DNA of 62,182 nt, the filler included, from Bipalium vagum (lineage: Eukaryota): NCBI GenBank assembly GCA_037834085.1. It is 3 parts of 3 records of this genome, joined end to end, with 100 filler letters (N's around TTAATTAATTAA, not from the genome) between each part and the next. Parts side by side here need not be neighbours in the genome. Positions count along the whole stretch, not along the records: positions 1 to 25,070 come from JBBMKC010197498.1; positions 25,171 to 43,572 come from JBBMKC010030214.1; 1 more part is not named here. One strand, 5' to 3'. The stretch's first letter is position 1. Each line of letters starts with the position of its first letter. Below the pieces are notes generated by a model. The model was not told the origin of the DNA. It saw only the letters and a list, made by a program, of their open reading frames with translations, and ran no database searches. Of this stretch, positions 14,578-27,849 are shown one piece after another. Both the position numbers and the translations under genes were made by a program.

Positions 14578-14815
14578 CAGTCGTGGCCAATGAAATAGAA
14601 ACGCTTACCTAAAATACTTGTTTTACTTCTTTTTGTATTTAAAAATTTAAAAATTGATTCATAGTTAGTAAACTTTATATGCGTTTACTTTACCAAATAA
14701 ATTGGTCTATTTTTACTCAAATTATCTCTTTTCTTTGTAGATTAAAATACAATGGGTAAAGAAAAAGATATAACTCCAAAGAAATCAGCTGTTATTTATA
14801 AATCATTCCTTTCGT
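14578..14815 (+). mobile_element. 5' end of a Tc1-like element inserted just after the intron-4 donor of SLC5 copy 2
   Basis: TA|CAGTCGTGGCC terminus; MGKEKDITPKKSAVI starts at 14752; absent from the copy 1 intron. Confidence 0.55.
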
Positions 14816-15241
14816 CTTAAAGATTAGAGTTTTGAAGATTAAAATACAATTAAGTCACTGAAGAATGAAAATAAATTATAAAAATAAATTAAATTATTTA
14901 TATTATTGATTATATGAAAATTTAAGGTATATAATATTTATGAATAATAAAATAATATTATATTATTTAATTATTTTTTAAGAATGATTGTGATTATATT
15001 TTTAAAAATATTGAAATTTTATTTATTTATTTTTTATTATTTTGTCATTGTTGACAACGAGGCCTCACTAATTCTTCTACTAGGGGTATCTTTTAAGTTT
15101 TGCCTATGGGTGGATACAAGCCTACAATAGTCAAGTATTATTATGTAAGACACACGTTTATATTTAGATACTAAGAGATATAAATTTTCTTTAAATACAT
15201 CAAAGTTTTTGTTTAAAGAGACAATTTAAAAAACATAATAA

Positions 15242-15520
15242 ATGAAAAAAATTGAATTCACGAGAAGTGGTTTATCTGAGGAAGAATGTCGATCCGAAAT
15301 GATATCTGTTTTTGGATATGAAGCACTACATCAATCTACAATTTCCCGATGGTATCTCGATTACCAACGTTATCGCTCTAGTCTGACAGATGAGCGGAGA
15401 ACTGGTAGACCAAAGATAGCAGTTAGCAAGGAAAAAATCGAAGCGACATGTCAGCTCATCATAGAAGATCACCATGCAACATATCGTGAAATGATGCTAC
15501 ACCTTTTATTATTGATTTAA
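15242..15520 (+). mobile_element. Mariner transposase N-terminal fragment
   Basis: VFGYEALHQSTISRW...SLTDERRTGRPK (mariner HTH and GRP motif). Confidence 0.75.
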
Positions 15521-16679
15521 TATATGGGCGCATGAAACACCAGCTTAATCATTTGCTCATAAAGTCAACTACATCTGACGCCATGTTCAGAAAGTGTCAG
15601 GATTTGTGGAATACTATCATGGGAGAAGAGAATTACCGGTACAGCATTGTAGATTCTATGGAGCTAAGAGTTTCCGCAAAAATCGATTCAGTTGGAAGAT
15701 ATACCAAATATTAACAATATATTATTTTCTGTATATAAATATAATATGAATGTTGTAGTTTTCTTATTGGACAATTTAATGTATCAGACTATATATTCTT
15801 TATTAGTAAAATAAGTAAATAGTAAAATCTGTTAAAAATTTGAATACTTTAATTTTTTAAATGAAGTAAAATGATAAAAAGAAATAAAAAGTATTGTGAG
15901 AATTTTTAAGATTTTCTCAAAATTGATTTTGTTTATAGGGAGGAATGCGTGCGGTGATATGGACAGATTTGATACAGTTTTTCATAATAATAGCTGGAAT
16001 GTTGACCGTTGTGATTGTTGGGTCGTATAAAATTGGTGGGATCTCTGTAGTGTGAGACATTGCTAAGAAAACTGATCACATAAAATTATTTAAGTAGTTC
16101 TTTATCCGAAAAGTTAAGAAATTATTTATTTCGCACCATTGTGTCATTTAGTTTCGATGCAAATCCATTTATTCGCCCTTCTTTCTGGGCACTTTTATTT
16201 GGAGCAGCTGGTTTGTACATTGGTATGTATGGTACTAATCAAGCTCAGGTGCAAAGATACCTTTCTTGTCGCACTGGAAAAGTCGCTACCAAGTATTATT
16301 ATTATTATTAAAATAGTTTATGAATGACACAATTGGAAAATGTTTAAAATAATAGGTAATTTAAATCATATATATTTATTATAATAAAGCACTCGGGAAA
16401 TTAGTTTTGTGGTGTAAATGAATTAAATCAAATCATTTTCTTAGTAATTAACAAAGAAATTTTGCAAGGATATAATATTGGTTCACGAAATGAACTTTGA
16501 GTCAAAAATATTAGGTTGTAACAAGTTTTCGTGAATTTTATTATATTACAGTTCTTGTTTAACCAGATTATATTTATCCATTAGTAAATAAAGTTATTTG
16601 AAATCTATTTTTCTTAATAACAAAATTATGGTAAGTATTTTGATGTATAATTAATTTTTTAAAAATCCATAGGTTTGAA

Positions 16680-17345
16680 ATGAAATGCCAAATTTATCAA
16701 TAGCACCATTTTCGACACGTATTATTATTTTATTTTAATCGCGGTACAAAGTAGCAGAAGTTGTCAAGGAAATTTGCAGTATGTATGGAAAAATTGTTTT
16801 GACCTAGACAACTGCAAAATATTGGTATAATAAATATGAAAATGTTACATTTGATCTTCAAGACACTTCATATACCGGTCATCTATTCAGTCTCGATGAT
16901 AACCAATATATCAAACTGGCGGAAGGGGACGCCTGTCAAACATGCAGGGAATTATCACAAAAGATAAAGAGTAATTCAATGACAGTCTTCCGCCACCTAA
17001 AATCAAATGGTTATTGTCAAAAAATTAGTTCCTGTATACCATATTGACTCAATAAAAAAATTAGAGAAAGTCGTTAAAAAATTGCTGCTCAAAATCTTGC
17101 CAGACAGAAGACCACAAAGAGCGTTTTCTTCATCAAATTTAACAGGGGATAAAAAACGGTGTCTGTATACATACTTTAAGTATAGGAAGGTATGATTGAC
17201 TCCTTGCTGTACAGGTACGTCCAGAATTAAACCAGAATAGCATAAAAAAGATTTGTGTTTGGTGGAATTGGGATGGTCTGATACACTAGGAAATGGTCTC
17301 AAAAGGTAAGACAGTCGAAAAGCTCCGATACAGCGATACATTGAA
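16680..17345 (+). mobile_element. Degenerate mariner transposase; a related remnant lies at about 52700-52990
   Basis: HFRHVLLFYFNRG..., FDLQDTSYTGH, KKLVPVY, LTGDKKRCLY (from TGDEKW.Y); frameshifted. Confidence 0.7.
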
Positions 17346-20300
17346 ACTTTATCATAAAAGAACTCTTATATTGGGTTGAAGTAAATTTAAATATAAAATT
17401 ATTCACACTCAGTGTGTTCTTCACAGCTGCAAAATGATGAAATTTTACGTTATCGATTACTAAAATTTATTTTGAATTACTTCTAAAATATTTCTTTCTT
17501 CAATAAAGGTAACGCTTTGAAATTACTACTGAATAATGATACGATTTTTGAGTTATTAAGGTACCACTTTTAAGTAGAAAAAGGGTCGAAAAGGGTCTAT
17601 ATAAAATAATAATATTGTTACCATATTGAATAACAATTTCTCTCATTAATATTATTGATATTGAGTAACATTATCTTTTATTGACATTGATTCGATAATT
17701 AATAGAATTATTATTTTGGTGACAGTATTATCGCATAGTGATATATCTGAGTATTTTTTAAAATTGGATCAATTTAACTTGTACGTTTCTTTGTTTTTCA
17801 AATATTGTATTGTTTTGACAATAAAAGCCTATTGTTTTTTTTCAAACTGGTTTTGGTACAGCAACTGTTAAATAAAAGTTAGATTGAAAAGTACATTATA
17901 GTGTTAAAAAGTGGCACTTTCTACAAAAATGTAAATTTAATCCAGTTTCATTCAGACATACAAGATTATCTATGTATATTAATCCTAGACACATTTTCTG
18001 GATATATTCCTCTAAGGTCTTTATTTTTTCTGAAAATTTCTTTCACAGAGTACTACACCTTATATGTTCCTTTTATTTTTATTTCTATTTGTGGGTCTGT
18101 GCTATTACAGGCAGTAATAATATATATACTAATTTTGCTTTTTAAAGGTATATTTCAATTATTTAGGTTTAAGTGTTACTTTATCTTTAAAAGAAGACTT
18201 TACACCGATTCAATTCCAATATCGATATGGTTTTAAAATTTTGTTATAATTTTACGTTAAATTACAAATGCGAAATATTTCTGTTATAATCTTTCTTTAC
18301 GAAACATTCCTACAAAATTTTTGGGTTCACCAAAAACCATCTTCTAAGAGAATTTTAGAAAATAACCTCAAAGAGGGTCATTAAGAATGATAATAATAAA
18401 TAAATAAATAATAAAATTTTTATTAACGTGCTGAACCTCATGAATGGTGGGTATACTGAGAAAGATACTTTAATCCAGGGAAAATATAGATTATATTTTG
18501 AAAGTTTCCCATTTAATTCATGAGCACTTGACTATCTGGTATTTTAAGGAAGGGACGTTAGGAAAATTTCCCCAGAAATCTGTTGCGAAGCTACCACAGA
18601 TACGCGTAAATTATTATTATAGAATTTAGTTGTGATTCGAAGGACCAACGTTTTGTTAATGCGAATAGCTACGAATTGTTTTTGTTATTATCCGATAATT
18701 ATTCGAAGAAGTTAACAGATGAATCCGAAATTACACCTATTGATTTATTCATTTTGATGAAATATTGATTTTTTTACTTTAACATTTTGTTATTGTTTTC
18801 CTTAATCAATTGTTTGACATTGATTATGAGTTATAATTGATCCAATCGATCAGGATAACTGAAATTGGTATTTGTTGTAACATTTTTTATTTTTGTTAAG
18901 CATTGCTTATTTTTGAGTTGATTATTTTTCTTTTATCATTAACACCAACCATTAGTGGAGAGAAAGATAACGACCTAAAGCTTAAATACTTACGACTAGG
19001 TTAATAACATTATTATAATGAAAAATATTAATATTAAAAATAATAAGCATTATGCTTAAAATGTAAATATAATAATAAAAACGGAAACATGTTAATATAA
19101 CTATGCACTTGTGTTACATAGTTATGTAATATAAAATTGAATGTTTAGAACGTTGCTTTTAAATGTTCCACTGACCTTCGGATTTCATTTGCTGCTAATT
19201 TTATCAGGTTTGGTAACATATTCCTCTCTCATATTTTGTGATCCATTATCTCGAGGAATTATTAGCAAAAAGGATCAAGTATTGACTGATATGTTAATTT
19301 AATCAATAATTCTAAGCTCAGATACTTCCGTATTTTGTGATTGATTTGTTACAAAATTACTCTCCCCTTTCAGGACTATTTATGTCATCGATCTTTGCAG
19401 CATCTTTGAGGTTGTTTTTCACATTTCACTACTTTAACGTATTATGTGCTCTGGTATATTCAGTACAATGTCCTCACCAACTAATAGCTTATCAGCGGTT
19501 ATTATGGAGGATTTAGTGAACGTATGTTCAAGAGTGTTTCACAAATCAGGAAGGCAGAGCAGTCGTATGAATCTTCATATGACACTAATCGGTAATAGAC
19601 GTTCTGAAATAAGTACTTAATAATAATAACATGATATTTCTTTTATTTATTTTTTAATAAAGATAATTGTTTCTTTCAGCTTTTGGATTGGGTGTTATTA
19701 TAATTCTGTTGGCGTTTATGTTTCCTTTAGTTTCACCAACGATTCTTCAGGTTGCCATAAGTTTATTGGGTATGGCTGGAGGACCCATAATGTCCGTCTT
19801 CACAATGGGGTTGATAATTCCATGCGTGAACGCAAAAGTAAACATTTTATTTTAAAAGTAAATCAGAAATACTGAAAACTTGGTCAAAGAAAAAAGTTAA
19901 ACGATTTGGGTGAAAGTTAGGGTAGCACAAGGTTAAAAAGTTATAATAATATAACTTGATATAATTTTTAAATCCGAAAGGAAAATAGGACTTTCAATTC
20001 ATTTATTTTAACCAATTAGAATTAGTCTTAGCAACCATTAAATATATGTATCATTTCATTCTTACTTTTTTAGCTATAAATCGTCATAAAAATACCTTTA
20101 CTTTAAAAACGAACCTTTTTATAATCATGGTTGAAATTCATTTATCAGATCCATCTTGCTTTCGTATTCAATGATACATTAATGCTAAATAACTTGTTCA
20201 AATTCCATCAGATCCTTTTTTACACCTTAATACCTTTTTTCTTATTTTAAAGGGTGCTTTGGTAGGTCTCATTGGAAGTCTACTTGTTACTCTTTGGATT

Positions 20301-20914
20301 GGCATTGGTGCTATAGTCCGCGCTCCAGTTAAGTCAAGAAATGCCTCAACTAACATATCAGATTGTTACAACTTTACCTTAAACTTAAATCAAATCGTGA
20401 CAACTCCAAATAAGATGGAGTTTTCTCTTTATAATTTATCATATTTATACTATCCATTGGTGGCAATAATTATCTGTACATTTTTGTCCATAAGTGTCAG
20501 TGCAGTAACAGGTATGTAACCCTTTATACAGAGAACCAAGTGAAAAAGATTTATCATTAGGATTCAATTCAAAGAGAAAAATAAAAAGGAAATTATTTTT
20601 CGTCATTATTCCAAAATTATCCAAATATTGGCCTGCATCCTTTCAGTCTCAAATCGAAGATGACAATGAAAATGTAAGGATTTTTTTAGTTTTACGAAAG
20701 TTCTTTTTAAATGATTATCTCTTTTTTTGAATATTTGGAATTTTCTGTCAATTTTAAATATTTGACGGAAAGTTCCATGTCACATGGCTGCATTTGAACC
20801 CCTCAGTAAGTTCTCGAACAGTTTGTCTGAAATCTAATCCAATGACTTCTTTTAAGTCATCATTTTCCTCTACCGTTTCAGAACATGGTCCATGCTGATC
20901 ATTTTTCAGATTTA

Positions 20915-21752
20915 CAGGGTGTCCAGTAAATCACATTAAGTTAATATCTCTGATAATTTTAATGCAAATGTAACAACCTTTGTTTTAAATATAAGTGTAA
21001 TATTCAAAATGTAAATTTTATATGAAATCAATGCTGGTTAATTTGGATACTGAAATTCAAGTTGTCATCCTAATGCCAAAATATGAGTCACCTATCATGG
21101 TAATTCGTGAATTGAAACTACTTGGAATAACGAATATTTCAGAAAGACATGCTTTTATATCATTATATTATAAGTAAGAAGTATAGTGTGCAACATTTAT
21201 ATATGGAAGATATGGATTTGTGTGTGAACATGTCGGAAAAACCGATACCGATTCTTGAAGATCAGAAAAACAATGGCAACATGTTTTTTTCTGATGAATC
21301 AACTTTTCAAATTTTCGGATTTGTGAAATAGTACAATTGCCTATTCCTTTCACAACCGTCCAAGTTGCTCATTTTTTAGTTAACATATGGTGTGCAATGT
21401 CTAGCACGCAAATCATTGATCCACATTTTTTTGAAGATTAAACAATCAACGAGCAAAATTATCTAAAAATATACATGATTATTTTTATCCCATCATCAAA
21501 CTTAAAAAGATGTAAACAAGATGGAGTTCCGGTACATTTTGCAAAGTTATTTTCGTAAACGTTTAATGAAAAATTGGTAGGTCGGTGAATGGGCAGAGGT
21601 AGTCCAATATATTATGCACCACGTTTTCCAGATTTGACTCCACTGAACTTTTGTATGAAATAAAACTTTGGAATGTGATCTTTCTTTTTTAAAAAAATTT
21701 ACTTAATTAGGTTGAAAAATAAGATACATATTACCTTTTACTGGACACCTTG
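20915..21752 (+). mobile_element. Internally deleted Tc1/mariner element, DD41D (rosa/VS)-like
   Basis: TIRs CAGGGTGTCCAGTAAA and TTTACTGGACACCTTG, each flanked by TA; remnants FFSDESTF, WCAMS, QDGVPVH, PRFPDLTPLNF. Confidence 0.8.
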
Positions 21753-21802
21753 TACACTCCCATTATTAAATCGTTGAACCCATATCCTGCGTTGAATACT
21801 AC

Positions 21803-22232
21803 TAATAGATTGAAAAGAAATAAATTGCGGTTTTTAACATTGAAGTTTAAATGAACGAGTCACAACTTAAACAAAATTTTGTTTATTAAAATAGAAACCA
21901 ATACACTATACACATTTCCCCCAACGCGTCACAAGCTTATTTATAACAATTCAATAAAAAGGAGTTCTAGAAGTCACAAACTCTTCAAAAGCTTTAATTA
22001 CAGCATCATCATTGGGGAAGCATCTCTTGATGAAGAACTTGTCAACATGTTTGAAGAAATAATAATCAGTCGGCGAGAGGTCTGTTGAGTATGCTGGGAG
22101 AGGACGTGTGGTCTGACGTTATCATGGAGAAGCAATTGACCGTTTCCATTTATCAGGGATTCAGTTTTTAATACATGCATAATGTAAAAGTGAACTCATA
22201 AAAACCGCCTTTAATTTTTTTACAACCTAATA
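21803..22232 (-). mobile_element. Internally deleted mariner with both TIRs; a related end lies at about 42873-43100
   Basis: Ends AAATTGCGGTTTTT and AAAAACCGC...CAACCTAATA; LLLHDNVRPH motif on the minus strand. Confidence 0.7.
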
Positions 22233-22495
22233 ATTACAATATCACCAACACCAACGCATATTGCTAGGTTTGATTCCTCCGCAGTCTATTTTTGTTCGAG
22301 ATCATTAAACATACAAATGTGAATTTGTATTTTGGTCATCAATTTTTCCCAGTTTATTTTCCAACTAAAAATAAAAATCAATATTAATAAAATATTATAA
22401 GACAAATATATATAACAAAATTTAAAATGTTCAGTTTTTTGGGGTTCATGCAATAATGAATGTTATTCATTAAAATAAGTTTTTCTAACCTGATG

Positions 22496-22497
<2 letters not shown>

Positions 22498-22555
<58 letters not shown>

Positions 22556-22569
22556 TAATAATAATAATA
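22498..22569. repeat. (TAA)n microsatellite
   Basis: About 24 perfect units directly visible. Confidence 0.95.
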
Positions 22570-23199
22570 AAAATAAAAAATAATTAATGAATCATGATTT
22601 TGTATTTTATTATTATTATTATTTCAAATGTTTATAAAATTATTTTAAGTCAATTTATTTATATATAGATCGAAAAAGAAGAGTTTGTCGTCCTCCATAA
22701 CCACTGAGAAATGAGAATGACAGCTGATAAATAATGAAAATTATATTAAAGAAGATATGATCAAATATATTTCACTTGTTATTTCAATTTTATAAATTTT
22801 TTCTTTAGTGAATTTTTTTAAAATTTAAAATTAAATTTGAAAGAAGTGCAGCAACCTTTTATAGTCGTTAAATCTATTCATTACTGTGAGCTTCAACAGA
22901 ACTCACCTATTTTGTACCAGAACAGTCATCTTCTTTTAACATTTCAATTTAAAATCTGCCAAGCTCCTCAAAAATTTAAACAACTTTAATTATGACGTAA
23001 TTAAATATCAGCAATAATTATTTCTTATTTTTTTAATTATCTTATATCTCCATCCATTATGAAAACGTTGTAACTTCTCCATATATCTTTCTAGTTCCTG
23101 TCGTGGCCATCTCTGAGATGATAACGTCTATCATGAAATATTTCTGATATTTCAAAACGACTTTAAAATTTTTTCTCATTTTTCTTCCTTTGTTCAAGT

Positions 23200-23830
23200 T
23201 TTACAAGGACTTGTTCTCCAATATTGAAGCGTATTCGCGTAATTCCTAATACCGGTTGCATAACTTTGTCTCTGGATTCTTTTTTGTGATCTACTGATAG
23301 CCATTTTTCGAGATATATTTTTTTCTTCGAAATTTTTTTTTATCGAGAGCATTCTAAAGACTTTTGATAAGTTGCATAGCACCAATATCACTCAACCTCT
23401 TCATGTCTAGTGTCCCAACTCCCAGCCTTTTCTTCTTTAAGGGTTTCTCCAAGCAGTTTCCTCACAGTCGGAAATCAAAATCCATACATTCCAAATTGAA
23501 CTTATTATTCTTCGCTTGTCTTGTCTTAAAATCGCGATTAGTCTAATAAACTCACTGTGTTGATCAATGATGGTCAAAAAATATTTTTTCTACTTAATTT
23601 TTTCCCTAAAAATTGCCCACAAATATCAATCATTATTCGTTCAAACAGTTCTGATCCTGGAAATTTCATTATCGCCTCACTGATTCCAGTTGTCAATGTT
23701 TTTGCACTTTGACAAGCATCACATTGATTTACAACTTCTCTCGTAGTCTAAATATACTTCTCTCGTTTGTCTAAAATAAAATGTTTATATAGATCTGAAA
23801 AACGAAGTTACGTAGCACTGGTCATAACTA
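23200..23830 (-). mobile_element. Ty3/Gypsy integrase remnant
   Basis: TREVVNQCDACQSAK (zinc finger CxxC), LFERIMIDICG, LTIIDQHS; stops and frameshifts. Confidence 0.7.
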
Positions 23831-25070
23831 TCTTAGGTTTTGTGAAAACCTCATCACTTTCCGTTGTCACCTCTTTGTCAAAAAATATAAAAACTGAAAT
23901 CCATATCGGCTGGAGATAACTTGTCTCATCAATTTCAAAAAGTATGATTTTTTCCTAATTTTTTATATACATTGTTAAAATTTATGGATTTACTTCATAC
24001 CATAACTTTTGTCAATAATCCTAAAATAATCCGTTTCTTTAGTTATGTAGGGACTTTAACATTGGGGTCGAAATCACTTATTATGACAAGGTAATTCAAA
24101 TCAAAGACTAAGAAAATCAAAGAGAAGGAAACAAAATCAATTAATAGATTGACCTGTTGATTGAGCGATTGATTGATGACAGTAAAACACTTCAATAAAA
24201 CTTAAGTGAAATATTATTTTTAATAAAGCATTAAAGTACTTTATCAAAAAAATTGTACTGCTCTCTTATGTGGGTACTTGTACATTTGCTACCCAAAGTT
24301 AATGTCTCTTGTTTTAATTAATCAATTAAGATCATTAGGTTACCAACGAAAAATTTCACTTTGAAAAAAGTGAAATAAAAAATTAATTTATAACAATAAA
24401 TAAATATTCCATGCTTCTACCACAGCGTAAAATATAACGTTCAAATATAAAAGAAATAACCCAGTTCTCATGGTCACCACGAAAAACCCAATGCAATATT
24501 CTTAAAAGAATCAATATTAAACCAAAAGCATTTTAAAAACCTTGTAAAACCTTCTCTGCTTATAATGAAAACATATATACAGAAAACGTTGAAAACTAAA
24601 AGAAAGTTTGAAAAGTATACACGGGTAGAACTACAAACGGAAAACATACTTAAAGATTTAAAACAGGTTAATTCTGAAACGATCATTTACTGAAATATGT
24701 AAATCATACCATGACCGTTTATAGACTACTTATCAAGCAGCCAATCGTTTGACTGTTTCTCTTTTGATATTTTTTGGCAATTGGTGATATCTTTTACAAA
24801 AATCTTATCATCCGAGTTTTTGAAGAAATTGTATTAAAAATCAATAAGGCGATTATTTTGCTCTATTATTTGCAAATTAAAAGTATCTGGAGATATTTCA
24901 TAATTGCTTTCATTTGGTGCGGTATTTAGTTTATGGAATTATGGCTATGGTCATCAGTAGGGCCCCCAAAAGTTAAAATAAAATTGACCGTCTAAATAAA
25001 GTCAAAATAATAACTTAAAGTTAAAATTTTCCATAAAGTTAAAAAGTCAATTAAAAGTCAATAAAGTCAA

Positions 25071-25170
25071 NNNNNNNNNNNNNNNNNNNNNNNNNNNNNN
25101 NNNNNNNNNNNNNNTTAATTAATTAANNNNNNNNNNNNNNNNNNNNNNNNNNNNNNNNNNNNNNNNNNNN
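25071..25170. other. Artificial contig linker: 44 N + TTAATTAATTAA + 44 N
   Basis: Identical 100-bp structure at 43573-43672; the 12-mer places stops in all six frames. Confidence 0.95.
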
Positions 25171-25326
25171 AAATGGTACTAAAATATAAAATGATATAAT
25201 GCGAAGTGTGTTATTAAACGACGTGATATTAAACGGGTTTGACTGTATTTCGAATTTAGAAATCTCAAATCTTTCGGAGGATCAAAATTGTAATTATTAA
25301 TGAATTATGATATGTTGTTGGTCAAA

Positions 25327-25605
25327 ATGGGAAAGGTGGAACCCGAATATGCTACGGTAAAAGATTAATGCCAATTTTTCAATGTCAACAAAAACTACGC
25401 CAGAAAATTGCGGGATCAGTTTTTTGAACTTGGTACGTTGGATAGAATTGTTGTAGCTGAATAATTCATACTGGTCCGTAAGAAAATATGCCCTTTAATA
25501 ACAGATGTTCAGAAAGATAAAAGGCTGAATTGGTGTCGAGAACAAAGGAATAATACATGGGACGCATGGGAGAATATTGATGAAAAATGGTTCCAGCTAA
25601 GGTCT
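25327..25605 (+). mobile_element. Tc1/mariner-superfamily transposase remnant
   Basis: PLITDVQKDKRLNWCR...NIDEKWF, containing the first catalytic Asp. Confidence 0.55.
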
Positions 25606-27849
25606 TAATGTACTTAATCTAACCATTCCTGATGATTTCAAACAACCACGAAAAAAGAAGACAATGAAGTCAAAATCTATCTACAAAGAAGTCAAATGAA
25701 CAGAAACCATATGCTCCAAATAATAGGCATTGGACTCTTCAGCATCTTATAGAAGAGATTAGTACAGTGAACAATAAAAATAAAAAGAAGAAAAGAGGTC
25801 ACAAAAAGGAAGGAAGATGAAGGTACAGTAGGATATTAAGGTCATGATATTCTTTCAGAATTTTTCACCCAAGCTAGACACTGTTTAAAACCAAAGAAAA
25901 GGAGTTAACCCAAAATATCCTCCAAAGTCATTTAAACCATTCACTGACAGTATATGTATAAGATATCGGCGATCGGAGACGGAATCTTTGGTACATTGTT
26001 CCTATCAATCTTTTCTTCTAAAATCTCTCCTTTTTACCGAATTTCTCCTTCAAATCCACCAAGCTCTTTCTCTTTTCCACTTTTTATCTTTCTGTCAAAA
26101 GCAATCCAGTTCTTTTTCTTCACACTAAGCCTCTTGCTCAAACCACAATAAAAAAATCCAAAAACTTTTGTCTCCTTTCTTCTCAAAGATCTAACAATCT
26201 CTCATGGAAATCTTATACTCCTTAATTCTTAATTTAACCTCAGTTATGATAGATGGAAATCAATTCAATTTCTTCCTTAGATCTTTTGCCATACTTCTTA
26301 AATTGATATAGATGGTCTTCACTGCTATCACCTACCAACCTGCTTTAATCTTTAGAAGAGATAAACCAAAAGAGGATGTTAACACAAATGCGGATGTAAA
26401 TGTTATCATCCAAGAAAATAATGCACTTATAGATTTAACTTTGGGGGCACTCAGATAAATTATCCTCAAGTCTATCCTTTAGGTATGGGGATGATATTGT
26501 TTGTACTAGTATGTGTAGTAGCCTGAGAAATCACATAGTGAACTGGGATTGCAATCCAGACCCAACGACGGCTCCGGATGTAAAGAGAATCCAAACGAAA
26601 TTGTATCCAATGGTCAATGACACCTTTACCCTTACCGCCGAATCTCAACTGATGAGAGATCAGACAGTAAGGTTTGAAGAGGATTACCAATCTACAGTTT
26701 GCTATTCAATGCATTACTCATGGGTGGATAAACGCAATTGAGTATAGAGCTGAGGATAGATGAAATTACTACTGACTCTTGATCACGGTTTTTAGGTGAT
26801 AAAGACTTTGCTGGACTAACTTCTGATCCTGAGACTCCTCTTCCATCGGTTATGCCAATGGATGTTGATGAATGGTCAATTATAACCATAAATTAGTTAG
26901 TGGCACCAAGCCGAAATTTCAAGAAAGGTCTTATTGATATTATTGCAAACAAAAAATGATTAACATATTTATAACTCTGCTTAAGAAAATGGTAGGATCG
27001 ACCAGAAAAATAATGATGGAAAAGTGTTACAAAATTCTCAAAATAAATATTTGACCACCGCTCTCCAACAAGTACACAAGGCAAATATCTGAATTCAGAA
27101 TGGGATACCATCCCAATTCTACAGATTCTTAATAATAGTTCTTCCCCTGAAACCATAATTTCTACAGCCGCCAGAAAACAAAGAAATGAAGAACCACTTG
27201 GCTTAACAAGGAATGGATCACAAACTTTATTCTCAACCTATAAGCACATCAATTTTTTGGTGGACTTTATCCAACGGAGAGGCGAATGGAGTTGCTCTTT
27301 CCAAACACCGGATAAAGTGTGCTAGCTACTCACAGAGGGTATACGTAATAAACTGGAAAAAGCAGCAGGGTCTTACAAACCCATTCAAACATTCCACAAC
27401 GCCTAACTATCTGAATTTCTGAACTGAAGATGTTACTGTGGAGTTGTCCTTCAGAGGGATATGTTTTATCATCATATCAATCTCATCCAGATAACGGCGT
27501 GCCATCTGCTCTTTACGTGTGTCTCGGAGATTCCTGTGACTCCAGAAGATCTGAACCCTGAATGACTAAGCGGGCTGCCGATTGAGGCTTTTATCCTGTC
27601 TAGAGTTTCAAGTGACCCGTCAATCATCTTTATTTAACTGAGTCTTGCAGAAACCTTACTTAGAAAAAAGACAATGTTCAACCTAAAACTGTCTTTGACT
27701 CGGTACTGCTGTCGGAGAAATCGTTTTCATTCCTAAGTAATGATAATTTCAAAAATCGCTTTACAAAGCCGATTTCACCGCCAATCGATAGGTCAATTTG
27801 GAGCGAATTATAATCTGTGTGGGGACAATACGAGAGCTGATAATGACCG

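Larger units (their letters stand above)
13909..22734 (+). pseudogene. SLC5A6/8/12-like symporter, tandem copy 2; 13 exons, in-frame TGA at codon 214 (16053-16055) and codon 579 (22705-22707); young pseudogene or recoded gene
   Basis: Exons 13909-14247, 14290-14355, 14397-14448, 14500-14567, 15939-16093, 16152-16292, 19149-19278, 19322-19410, 19464-19591, 19680-19837, 20253-20511, 20561-20673, 22669-22734. Every exon equals copy 1 in length, with no frameshifts and intact GT-AG sites. VVW (TGG) of copy 1 is VV* (TGA) here; conserved SSGINS is SSPTNS. Confidence 0.8.

Noticed and set aside
17901-18236. Hydrophobic F/I/L/Y-rich ORFs (also 30014, 31736, 47248, 48388, 58401)
   Set aside because: Composition is what AT-rich non-coding DNA produces; no motifs, and several are intronic.
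24240-24790. Possible small spliced gene on the + strand with 38-58-nt GT-AG segments
   Set aside because: No single phase-consistent model with a start codon and no recognisable product.
25115-25126. TTAATTAATTAA motif inside N runs (also 43617-43628)
   Set aside because: Identical, centred in fixed 100-bp gaps and stopping all six frames: an assembly linker, not biology.
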